Below are positions 32,702-40,642 of a DNA stretch of 64,000 bases, in pieces; position 1 is the first letter of the stretch, and each line of letters begins with the position of its first letter. The notes below the pieces were generated by a model. That model ran no database searches. It had not been told where the DNA came from and saw only the letters and a list, made by a program, of their open reading frames with translations. The translations under genes and the position numbers were made by a program. The DNA is taken from positions 62,001-126,000 of IMG/VR virus record IMGVR_UViG_3300032315_001715; one strand, written 5' to 3'.

Positions 32702-32898
32702 AAATGGAAACCAACTACAAGAGCCTCGCCGAAGCAATGATCAACTACACCGTCGATACCAACAAGCAGATGTACGAGTTTGGCACCAAGATGGTCAAGG
32801 AATACGCCGAATTCAACAAGAGCATGATGAAGTTTGTGCCCGGCATGGAAGCTTGGGAAAAGCTGATACCGGTTGTTAACAACAACAGCAAGAAGTAA
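32698..32898 (+). CDS. small helical protein (phasin-like)
   Basis: GGAG RBS, strong codon bias, followed by a terminator. Confidence 0.5.
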   Translation: MKMETNYKSLAEAMINYTVDTNKQMYEFGTKMVKEYAEFNKSMMKFVPGMEAWEKLIPVVNNNSKK

Positions 32899-32900
32899 GA

Positions 32901-32925
32901 AAAGGGAGCGTTAAGCTCCCTTTTT
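32901..32925. terminator. bidirectional intrinsic terminator
   Basis: AAAGGGAGC-GTTAA-GCTCCCTTTT between convergent genes. Confidence 0.75.
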
Positions 32926-33290
32926 CATGGTCGGTTTTGTTCTCGTTCCTGCTGTTCTTTTGCCCAGTTATATTCGTTAATTTCAGCCTGGGTTTCCTCT
33001 TTGGTTTGCCAGCGATTTTTCTCCCAGTTCCAGTGCCGCGAATCATAGATCTTCACATCGAACATGAACCCAAGCAGGGTGACATCGAGCTCGGGCCCCT
33101 GATGGTCCTGACCCCACCATCGCAGATCAATGTTGAGATCCAGGATATCCCGTGCCTCAGATCGGCTGAGCAGGATCTCGAAATTCTTGTTCTCGGAAAG
33201 CTTTACATTCTTCCAATAATAGTTTTTGTCGGTGAAATCCTCTTGAGGAGAGAACCACGGATTATCAATCTGAAATTTGAAAAAGATCAT
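32925..33290 (-). CDS. hypothetical protein
   Basis: 121 aa; DHQGP..IYDSRHWNW. Confidence 0.6.
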   Translation of the reverse strand: MIFFKFQIDNPWFSPQEDFTDKNYYWKNVKLSENKNFEILLSRSEARDILDLNIDLRWWGQDHQGPELDVTLLGFMFDVKIYDSRHWNWEKNRWQTKEETQAEINEYNWAKEQQEREQNRP

Positions 33291-33670
33291 CGCTCCATCT
33301 CCTTGAGATAGTTCCTATACTTTTCACCAAAAAATCTAGTGCCCTTGAGTGGCTTCATGGTAGGCTTGGCACACCTACCGCCCCAGTTGGGGCACAGACC
33401 TGCACCGGTGGGCATGGTGGGCCAACAACCTGTTTTTTGTGCTACCCTGTGCAATCGTAGGGTATTATTCAGATGCCTTTGGGCATGTGCCTTGGTGAGG
33501 AACGGACCTTCTGGAGCAAAGCCATAATCCCAACCCTCGGGGTCACCATTTGAATGCCACCACCAGCCCTCACGATGGAAGTTGCTGGTCAACGGGAAGT
33601 CCCGCAGACTTCCTCTAACTATCCTATACATCTTCTTCCTCTTCGCAATCCTCATTGCCATATTCGGCAT
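33287..33670 (-). CDS. hypothetical protein
   Basis: Coupled to neighbours. Confidence 0.5.
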   Translation of the reverse strand: MPNMAMRIAKRKKMYRIVRGSLRDFPLTSNFHREGWWWHSNGDPEGWDYGFAPEGPFLTKAHAQRHLNNTLRLHRVAQKTGCWPTMPTGAGLCPNWGGRCAKPTMKPLKGTRFFGEKYRNYLKEMER

Positions 33671-33884
33671 CTCGTGCAGCCATGACCTTGTTCATAGCTG
33701 CCATGAGCACACGGTATGGCTCGTATTCCTGGCTCTGGCTGCCTTCGTTGCTGCCTGGTATCCAGCTCTTGCGGGTGATCTCCATAAAGGTAATAGCCTG
33801 TGCATGATGATTCTCCAAAGAAAATGGGTGCTGACGTTTCCATCAGCACCCACGAAGTTATAGCACGTTTCTTATCGTTGTCAA

Positions 33885-35300
33885 TCAGGCCGTGACGGCC
33901 TGATAGCGCTCACCCATGATGGTCTCAAGCATGATGTCTCGCGGCGTGAAGTTCTCTGCCGCCAGGATGCTCTTCATGATGCTCGGGCTGAACCCGCTCA
34001 CCATTGCCGTGCCGCGCTGATCGAAGCGCACTGGGCTGTTGCCGGTGGCATCCGGGCGGGCATTGAGATTCCACCACACCAGCTTGGGCAGCTCGTATCC
34101 AGCCGCCTCGAACATGCGCTGGGCAAGATCAAACGCACCCAGGCTTGCACCGCCGGCCCAGGCCGCGTTGAACTCCATGTCGCTCAACACCAGGAGGTAC
34201 CGAGGCATCTGATCAGCCGGCACGCGATTCTGCACCGCCACCTGCAGGATGCTGCGGAACGCGCTCTCCAGGTTGGTGTCGTAACCAACGTTGCGACGCA
34301 CCTGGTTGATCTTGGCTAGCAGGTCTCCCTTGAGCACGTCAATGTGGCTGTCACGGGTGAACGTCAGCCACATGTCCTTGAACGCACCCTGCTGCTTGTC
34401 GGCAACATACAGACCGAGGCTGATTGCCACGTCCATGCAGGTAAGACCTGCACCCGCCTGTCCGCCAACCGGGCAGCTCATGCTACCGCTGACATCCACC
34501 ATCGGAAGGATGGCATCATCACCGAGATAGTTCGGCAGTGCCTCCCACTGCGCCAGTGCCACAGCACGGTCACCATGTGCAACTGCCTTGATGACGTCGT
34601 ACGGATAAAGCACACCGGCGTTGACCTTGCTTGTGCCGTCCTTGAGACCCTCCTTCCAAGCCGCGTAGCGGGTGGCATCGCGCTTGTTGAAGGCCTTCTG
34701 ATAGCGGTTGGCAGCCACGCTAGGAACGTGATCGTAGTTGATCTGATCCCAGGTCTTGGCGCACATCTGCGTCTCAACAACCTTGGTGAGGTCAACGACG
34801 AGTCGGCGGTACTGCTTGGGAGTGAAGTTCAGGTACTTGCGCAGCTCGTTGGCTACCTCGCCCTTGCGGGGCATCCACTTGGCAGCAAGACCGTTACCGC
34901 CACGCAGGGCGCGTGCGATCAGGTCATATGCCGCCATCTTGACCTGCGGCGTCTTGAACTCGAGGAGGTCGTCCCAGCGACCGTACTCGGGTACCAGCGC
35001 AAGATTGCGCATGAGGCTCTCCGGATGGCTGACCTCCAGGTTACGAACGATCTTGCGGAAGGTCTCACGCTCGCCAGCACCGCCGCGAACGTCGCGCGCC
35101 CAGAATAGGATCTTCATGGCCACAGCCGGCTCGGCCGCATATGCACGGGCAAATGCGCCGGTGAGATCCTTGCCGCGGCTGGAACCGATGGCGAAGAACA
35201 GATCCACGTTAGGGTCAAGGCTGCTTTGATTGGTTGCCATGCCGTTGGCAGTAAGGCTCGGCTGCATGGTATTCTGTAGTGCCTGTGCGAAAGTGACCAT
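33885..35300 (-). CDS. DUF2828-family Ro60/TROVE-like protein with a C-terminal vWA domain
   Basis: Start MVTFAQ after a GAGGAG RBS; TANG, DLFF, RDVRGGAGER, YGRWDDL, AAKWMPR, VPSVA, MIDAS DVSGSM, SDMEF, WNL, VSGFS. Confidence 0.85.
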   Translation of the reverse strand: MVTFAQALQNTMQPSLTANGMATNQSSLDPNVDLFFAIGSSRGKDLTGAFARAYAAEPAVAMKILFWARDVRGGAGERETFRKIVRNLEVSHPESLMRNLALVPEYGRWDDLLEFKTPQVKMAAYDLIARALRGGNGLAAKWMPRKGEVANELRKYLNFTPKQYRRLVVDLTKVVETQMCAKTWDQINYDHVPSVAANRYQKAFNKRDATRYAAWKEGLKDGTSKVNAGVLYPYDVIKAVAHGDRAVALAQWEALPNYLGDDAILPMVDVSGSMSCPVGGQAGAGLTCMDVAISLGLYVADKQQGAFKDMWLTFTRDSHIDVLKGDLLAKINQVRRNVGYDTNLESAFRSILQVAVQNRVPADQMPRYLLVLSDMEFNAAWAGGASLGAFDLAQRMFEAAGYELPKLVWWNLNARPDATGNSPVRFDQRGTAMVSGFSPSIMKSILAAENFTPRDIMLETIMGERYQAVTA

Positions 35301-35322
35301 TTCTATTCTCCTCATCTGTGTC

Positions 35323-35375
35323 AGGTTGAACTTGGTTTGTTTGATAAAAACAATTGGTGTTGCGGAACTCAACCT
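35323..35375 (-). ncRNA. Y-RNA-like element A (5' leader hairpin of the TROVE-like gene)
   Basis: AGGTTGAGTTCCGCAAC...AAGTTCAACCT closing stem with a variant CCGCAA motif. Confidence 0.6.
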
Positions 35376-35386
35376 ATAAAGTGTAC

Positions 35387-35470
35387 GGAATCGAATGGTG
35401 GGTTTGAACCATCCTCACAATGCCCCGCGAAGGGCGTCGCTTCAACCGAAGTAGTTGCTGAACCGATTCC
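35387..35470 (-). ncRNA. Y-RNA-like element B
   Basis: GGAATCGGTTCAGCAAC...TCGATTCC closing stem; internal T-loop-like TGGTTCAAACCCA. Confidence 0.65.
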
Positions 35471-35490
35471 TTGAACTCTTGATCTAATGC

Positions 35491-35622
35491 TGGATCAACT
35501 TTTGTGGATCGCTGCCTTTACCATTTGGCTATCCCCCTTCGGTTGGTAGGGGGAGTTGGACTTGAACCAACAGTGGCTTTCGCCGGCGATTTTACCTTCC
35601 AGTTTGTTGCTGAACTGATCCA
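35491..35622 (-). ncRNA. Y-RNA-like element C: circularly permuted tRNA (Tyr/Leu-like, long variable arm)
   Basis: TGGATCAGTTCAGCAA..GTAAA ATCGC, variable arm, GTTGG TTCAAGT CCAAC, TCCCCCT A CCA, linker ACCGA, AGGGGGA TA GCC AAATGGTAAA GGC A GCGAT..AGTTGATCCA; own promoter TTGACA-17-TAACAT at 35631-35659. Confidence 0.85.
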
Positions 35623-35725
35623 TTAAATCTATGTTATGCTAGTTTTTAGCTCTTGTCAACGACTAATTTGCGCTGTAATCAACTTTCTTATTTCTAATAA
35701 CTTGCATTTACATTATAATTCGACA

Positions 35726-35845
35726 GGATCACCTTTACGTTGCTCTACCTCTGAGCTACACCCCCATAGTAAATTGTGGCGGGGATGGCAAGGAATTGAA
35801 CCTGCGACCTACGGCTTGACATGCGTTTAATTGCTGAACTGATCC
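35726..35845 (-). ncRNA. Y-RNA-like element D: circularly permuted tRNA-Asp(GTC)-like
   Basis: GGATCAGTTCAGCAA..T GTC AA GCCGT AGGTC GCAGG TTCAATT CCTTGC CATCCCC G CCA, 11-nt linker, GGGGGTG TA GCTC AGAGGTA GAGC A ACG..TGATCC; promoter TTGACT-17-TAATAT at 35855-35883. Confidence 0.85.
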
Positions 35846-35961
35846 ATTAACGTAATATTAGTGCAAATATCTCATCTAGTCAATGCGTATTTTGGCTAAA
35901 TATTGTGTGCAGTTCGCGGGCCGGAATCCCCAACTGCTCTATAACCGATAGGAGTCACAGC

Positions 35962-36621
35962 ATGACTATGTACCATAGAATACCATCAGGTTTCTACATT
36001 TATGCGTATATTCGAAATCAAACATCTACACAAGGACAGAAAGGAACTCCCTATTATATCGGAAAGGGAAAAGGATATAGAGCATACGTGGATCATAAGA
36101 ATATTCCTGTTCCAAAAGACTTTGATTACATAGTCATTATGGAAGAGAACTTAACTGAATTAGGGGCACTTGCGTTAGAGCGTCGATACATACGGTGGTA
36201 CGGAAAAATAAGTGATGGCTCTGGCATACTTCGAAACATGAATGACGGAGGAACAGGAGGATCCCATAGCTTACAATCTCGCCAAAAGATTTCAGAGTCG
36301 GCCAAAAGTCGACCTACCATGCCACAACATGTTCGAGAAAAACTGAGCAAATCGTTAATAGGTCGTAAATTATCCGATGAACACCGGAGAAAGATAAAAG
36401 AAAGCGCCAGCCGCAAGCTTACGGGCCCCAGATCTTTAGAAATCCGTAAAAAAATACAAGATGCTGCGCTTCGCAGAGGTCCAGTGTCAGAAGACACAAA
36501 AAAGAAACAAAGCGATGCAAATAAGGGCCAATATTGGTGGACAAATGGGGTAAAAGATATACGGTCTCATATAAATCCGGGAAAGTGTTGGCGACGGGGG
36601 AGAACATTCTCTACCAACTGA
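35962..36621 (+). mobile_element. free-standing GIY-YIG-like homing endonuclease with NUMOD3 repeats
   Basis: [34 protein letters not shown]...R.KIS repeats; TAAATA at 35897-35902 and a leader hairpin. Confidence 0.85.
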
Positions 36622-36701
36622 GCTACCGTCCCATATCAGAGGAACGGATCGGATTCGAACCGATGACCTGTAGGTTGAATGTTAGTTGCTGAACTAATCC
36701 C
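36596..36701 (-). ncRNA. Y-RNA-like element E: circularly permuted tRNA, 3' end overlapped by the endonuclease gene
   Basis: GGGATTAGTTCAGCAAC..TTC AA CCTAC AGGTC ATCGG TTCGAAT CCGAT CCGTTCC T, short linker, GGGACGG TA GCTC AGTTGGTA GAG; promoter TTGACA-17-TATTAT at 36710-36738. Confidence 0.8.
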
Positions 36702-36766
36702 TTGCCTTGATAATACGATCGATCAGTGATCGTGTCAACGGAAAAGATCAAATGTCCTGCATAAAT

Positions 36767-37480
36767 ATGCGCATGTTCGATTTCATAAGATTGCTGGAGT
36801 TATCCGGAATAAAATTCCTCCTCGAGGATCTAACGCCTGGGCAGGCCCGTGGCATTTTCAAGCAATATGGTGCTAATGACGCTGATCTCTCGCCCGATAA
36901 AATCCGAGCAACCTGGATAAAATTGGTCAGACAGATGCATCCTGACAAGACCGGCGGTGATCACCAACCACTTGCCATGATAAATGCGGCGTATGATGTG
37001 CTCAAAGCTCCGGCATCTGCTACGGTGGCCAAGGATGATCGAGGATTTCCGGCCTGGCAAACGGATCAGCGATCAACAAGAAATGACATTGCAACTAATG
37101 ACTACACCGACGTGAATTTCTTCAAGAAGCGCATGTGGGAGCTCAGTGGTAAGAGCCAGGAGAAATGGACCATCTATGCGTTTGATGGCACGTTCTTCCG
37201 CGGCATGGTAACCGTGTTCGGCAGCTCGCGAATTTTCAGAGACATGGCAAAGGCCATGGTAATACATAATAGCCGCGGTGGTAATCCACATCAAACCAGA
37301 GCAGTGTTTGTGCAAGATGATACCGATCCGGATATAATACTGATATGGCTAGACGGCAATGAAATCAGCCCGCCGATACCTATGGAACATGAAAGTCGCA
37401 ATAGGAACCCAGCAAATGATCTCGGATTCACAAGTCGGTTGTCCAAAGTATTGAATCAGATATCGTCAGGTCGAGATTAA
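36767..37480 (+). CDS. J-domain (DnaJ-like) protein, late-expressed
   Basis: IRATWIKLVRQMHPDKTGG..MINAAYDVLK; TAAATA at 36762-36767. Confidence 0.8.
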   Translation: MRMFDFIRLLELSGIKFLLEDLTPGQARGIFKQYGANDADLSPDKIRATWIKLVRQMHPDKTGGDHQPLAMINAAYDVLKAPASATVAKDDRGFPAWQTDQRSTRNDIATNDYTDVNFFKKRMWELSGKSQEKWTIYAFDGTFFRGMVTVFGSSRIFRDMAKAMVIHNSRGGNPHQTRAVFVQDDTDPDIILIWLDGNEISPPIPMEHESRNRNPANDLGFTSRLSKVLNQISSGRD

Positions 37481-37485
37481 TGCAG

Positions 37486-37917
37486 TCAGTTCCAAGCGTT
37501 ACAACAGCCCTTGGCATCGACCTTTCCGCCTAGATCAAATGTATCCGGAATCTTGTCGTCAAGCATGACAAACAATCCACAGGATCCATTTTCAAACCAT
37601 CCGCAGTTTTCGCAGCGAACATTGGCTTCAACATAGCCAGATGCCTCGGGTGTGACAATATCCTGAATGGGCTGATCATCGTGTGGCACACCTTGCAGAT
37701 AAAGTCCGCAACTGCCATTGGCTTTGACCACGTCATCCTTACCGAATATACCACAGCGTTGTTTGCCGGGCATGAATAGCTGGCAGGTACTGCATTGTGC
37801 GAAATTCTCAGATTTTGCCGGGGTAGGTTCCATGTATAGGAACGCCCACCTTCCTATCTTACCTCCACGTTTGTAGGTAGATTTTTCTAGGAGGTTAATA
37901 AGTTTGCGCATGTCCAT
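37486..37917 (-). CDS. Cys-rich protein with two HiPIP-like repeats
   Basis: CSTCQLF..C..GSC and CENCGWF..C..GCCNAW; N-terminus MDMRKLINLLE; TAAATA at 37922-37927. Confidence 0.65.
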   Translation of the reverse strand: MDMRKLINLLEKSTYKRGGKIGRWAFLYMEPTPAKSENFAQCSTCQLFMPGKQRCGIFGKDDVVKANGSCGLYLQGVPHDDQPIQDIVTPEASGYVEANVRCENCGWFENGSCGLFVMLDDKIPDTFDLGGKVDAKGCCNAWN

Positions 37918-37930
37918 GAGCTATTTAACA

Positions 37931-37968
37931 GCAAAAGGGCATGCACCCATCGATGCATGCCCTTTTGC
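37931..37968 (-). terminator. intrinsic terminator ending the H-G-F RNA cluster
   Basis: GCAAAAGGGCATGCA...TGCATGCCCTTTTGC inverted repeat. Confidence 0.75.
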
Positions 37969-37977
37969 TTTTTTACA

Positions 37978-38217
37978 GGATGGTTTGTGGTTCGCTTTTT
38001 ATTTCTTTCTGGCAGATTATCTTATCCATATCGCCCAGAGCTGGATTCAAAGTCCAGTTACCGATATGGTCCCACCTTCTGCCCTAGCTTGATTTCTTCC
38101 AAGCAATATCTTGCCTCGTGCAAGACCGATCCTGGCTAAGCCCAGGCAGCCTCGATGACTAATGGACCTAGGATCCAGTCGTCGCCGTTGGGTCGAAGTA
38201 TGCTGCTGTACCCATCC
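37978..38217 (-). ncRNA. Y-RNA-like element F (240 nt, multi-hairpin)
   Basis: GGATGGGTACAGCAGC...AAACCATCC closing stem; several internal hairpins including CTGGA-CTTTGAA-TCCAG. Confidence 0.7.
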
Positions 38218-38233
38218 ATTGATAAATGCCCTC

Positions 38234-38324
38234 AGGAACGTTTTGCCCTTGTTTAGCCAGGCTGGGCTCCTGGTTTTGCTACAAACGTAGCTTCCTGATT
38301 TTAAGGTGTTGCTGCACCGTTCCT
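38234..38324 (-). ncRNA. Y-RNA-like element G
   Basis: AGGAACGGTGCAGCAAC...AAAACGTTCCT closing stem; internal hairpins GCTAC/GTAGC and CCAGG/CCTGG. Confidence 0.7.
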
Positions 38325-38356
38325 TATGGTATTCTCAAATTTCTAAACAACAAAGC

Positions 38357-38409
38357 GGGAAAGCTTTTGGTTTGCGTACAAAGCAATTTTTGTTTGCTGC
38401 ATGTTTCCC
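38357..38409 (-). ncRNA. Y-RNA-like element H
   Basis: GGGAAACATGCAGCAA...TTTCCC; promoter TTGACA-17-TACATT at 38418-38446. Confidence 0.65.
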
Positions 38410-38429
38410 TTGCACGTAATGTATGTGAT

Positions 38430-39275
38430 CTAGGTCACAGTGTCAATCGCTAATCCATGGGATTTTTGAACAAATCCAACTAGCTGATCAGCAAAGATGT
38501 CCACTGCCTCCTTGGTCGGATGGTTGGTCCTAGTCATCATGGACTTTTTGATCGTCGGTAACCAACCTGTAAATATTGGATGATCAGTTGTGCTCCATAC
38601 CGGTAACCAATGAGATTGGTCAATGGTTGAATAAATCATCCTTGGTAGATATGCACCATTTGGTCTTGGCATGGGATGCAAGCTATTCCAAAACACATAT
38701 TTCACACCGATTGAATCTAGAAAAAACTGCAAGGTCAGCACTGACCTCAGCAGTTGATTGGCCAACCATGTCGGAGTTGCACAGGTGACAAATGCCTTGC
38801 TAAACTCTCGGTGACGTTCATAAAATTCATGTAGATATTGCATGCGATCATTATCATACATCGAAGTTTGTTTGATAAGGTCGTTGATATTAAACGGATT
38901 GAAGGTCATCGCTGCGTGCGAATTCACTTCATCAAATATCATTATACGTGCTGGCTCGGTCCAGCCAATAAATGCCATCCATTCGGTTGGATCGCCACCC
39001 GAATCCATCATCGCCTTGAAAAATGCAATGGTATCATATGCTATTACGTCGTTGTTGTTGCCATTTCGGGCCTTGTTAACCACTTCCGTAGAACCCATTA
39101 ACGCATGTACGCGCCCTGATAGATTAACTTTCTGCAGATCGTGCCAGTAGTTGCTGCCCAGGATTCGACTTTCCTCGGTGAGCCTGGGATTCTTGTTGTA
39201 ATCCCAGGCTACATCAAGACCATGAACAAACGAACATCCGTTGAAAAATAATCGAGATGGCATTTGGTCGATCAT
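38430..39275 (-). CDS. SGNH-hydrolase-like protein
   Basis: FFNGCSFVHG, N.A..G, GWT...R, HPT motifs. Confidence 0.7.
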   Translation of the reverse strand: MIDQMPSRLFFNGCSFVHGLDVAWDYNKNPRLTEESRILGSNYWHDLQKVNLSGRVHALMGSTEVVNKARNGNNNDVIAYDTIAFFKAMMDSGGDPTEWMAFIGWTEPARIMIFDEVNSHAAMTFNPFNINDLIKQTSMYDNDRMQYLHEFYERHREFSKAFVTCATPTWLANQLLRSVLTLQFFLDSIGVKYVFWNSLHPMPRPNGAYLPRMIYSTIDQSHWLPVWSTTDHPIFTGWLPTIKKSMMTRTNHPTKEAVDIFADQLVGFVQKSHGLAIDTVT

Positions 39276-39919
39276 AGCACCGTTGACTTTTCATGTCCAA
39301 CACGTATTGTTGGATCTATCCAAATTTCGTGTCCATTCTCCTGGGCAGTCCAACAGAATCCAACGTCCTCGGCGCAAAAATCATGGAATCTTTCATTGCT
39401 GACCCATCTCGGCCGGAACCAAGGGTATTCCATTTGTTCGATGACACCGGCCTTGATGGCAACAAATCCAAATCCAGTATAACTAACTCTGAATGGCTGC
39501 GATCTAAATGCCATTTCGTTGCGATCCATGAACTTAAATACCCCGTGATCAGCAAGATGAGAGAAATCTAGATTTTCCACCACCGGATAATGTTGATTGT
39601 CGGACATGATATATGTGCCACCGGTGATGGGCTTGTCGCTGGAGATCAGCTTGAGAACATCATCTGGTGACCATACCATATCCGAATCGATCCATATCAT
39701 CTGATCGTAGGGTAGTTTCCCTTGCCACGGCAGTTGGGAACGTCCGGCGGTATTCTGGCCGCCTAATATTCGATTTCTAGCATAATACACCACCGGATCA
39801 TATCCCATGCTGTATGCGTAACTGATACCTCGAGCGCTCAATTCGGCAATGGTTGAATTCCACGAGTTGAAATAGTTGGAGCTAAATGTGCGCCCAGGAA
39901 GGCAGAATATTAATTTCAT
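39272..39919 (-). CDS. GT-A fold glycosyltransferase
   Basis: ARNRI, WIDSD, GFGFVAIK, EDVGFC, VGHEK. Confidence 0.85.
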   Translation of the reverse strand: MKLIFCLPGRTFSSNYFNSWNSTIAELSARGISYAYSMGYDPVVYYARNRILGGQNTAGRSQLPWQGKLPYDQMIWIDSDMVWSPDDVLKLISSDKPITGGTYIMSDNQHYPVVENLDFSHLADHGVFKFMDRNEMAFRSQPFRVSYTGFGFVAIKAGVIEQMEYPWFRPRWVSNERFHDFCAEDVGFCWTAQENGHEIWIDPTIRVGHEKSTVL

Positions 39920-40641
39920 ACCATTTTGCTCCTAACCAGATCATCCAATGCAGGTGCGGCCGTTTCGATTGAATCGTAAAAGACCTCATGAAACAAATCG
40001 CCGTCAATGCTGTTACACGGTTCAAGATTGTTGAGTATCTTGAAAGCAGGGCAGTTTGTCATCAATGCATTGATGTTGATCACCTGTCCGCTGGTACCGA
40101 TCATCACCACCACATCTCGGCTAGATAGCCGCTTGAACGCTCGATAGAGATCAGCATACCTCGGGGCAGAATCGTTGAAAAATACCACGCCGGGCTTTAC
40201 ACCCTTGGAACTATTGCACTTCGGGCATCTATCGTTGTCAACCGACCAAGGTTCATATCCAACATCCCAAACATGCCCGCATGCGATGCACTTCATGTCC
40301 TGTAGATATCCGTGTAAATGGATGATATCATCGCACCCGGCACGTTCAAGTAGATCATCGACGTTTTGTGTCAACATGATGGATCTATCGGTGAAATCCT
40401 TCTTCCAATTTGAAAGGAGCCTGTGCCCGATCGTGGGTACAACCGAAGCTAGACTGGACCGCAGGGTGTTGTAAAATCCATGCACAACCTCCCGATAATC
40501 TCGCCATGTTAATGCGTTGCAAACCACGTCGACGTCGTAGCCGTTCCAGAGACCGTTTTGATCTCGAAAAGTTGCTACGCCGCTCGGGGCGCTGAGACCT
40601 GCCCCTGATATCACCACCAATGTCGGTAATCTATCGTCCAT
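39916..40641 (-). CDS. cobB: Sir2/CobB-family NAD-dependent deacylase
   Basis: SGAGLSAPSGVATFRD, TQNVDDL, HLHG, CxxC..CxxC, IGTSG. Confidence 0.9.
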   Translation of the reverse strand: MDDRLPTLVVISGAGLSAPSGVATFRDQNGLWNGYDVDVVCNALTWRDYREVVHGFYNTLRSSLASVVPTIGHRLLSNWKKDFTDRSIMLTQNVDDLLERAGCDDIIHLHGYLQDMKCIACGHVWDVGYEPWSVDNDRCPKCNSSKGVKPGVVFFNDSAPRYADLYRAFKRLSSRDVVVMIGTSGQVININALMTNCPAFKILNNLEPCNSIDGDLFHEVFYDSIETAAPALDDLVRSKMV

Positions 40642-40642
40642 C

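Noticed and set aside
35660-35690. Possible ninth element (AAGTTGATTACAGCGCA)
   Set aside because: The motif is degenerate and there is no convincing closing stem.
35491-36701. Ordinary tRNA genes
   Set aside because: The halves are in reversed order (T arm before D arm) with no continuous anticodon loop, so they are permuted tRNA-like modules rather than canonical tRNAs.
35323-38409. CRISPR array suggested by the repeated GTTGCTGAAC motif
   Set aside because: Repeats are short, degenerate and irregularly spaced, the inserts are structured RNAs, and no cas genes are present.
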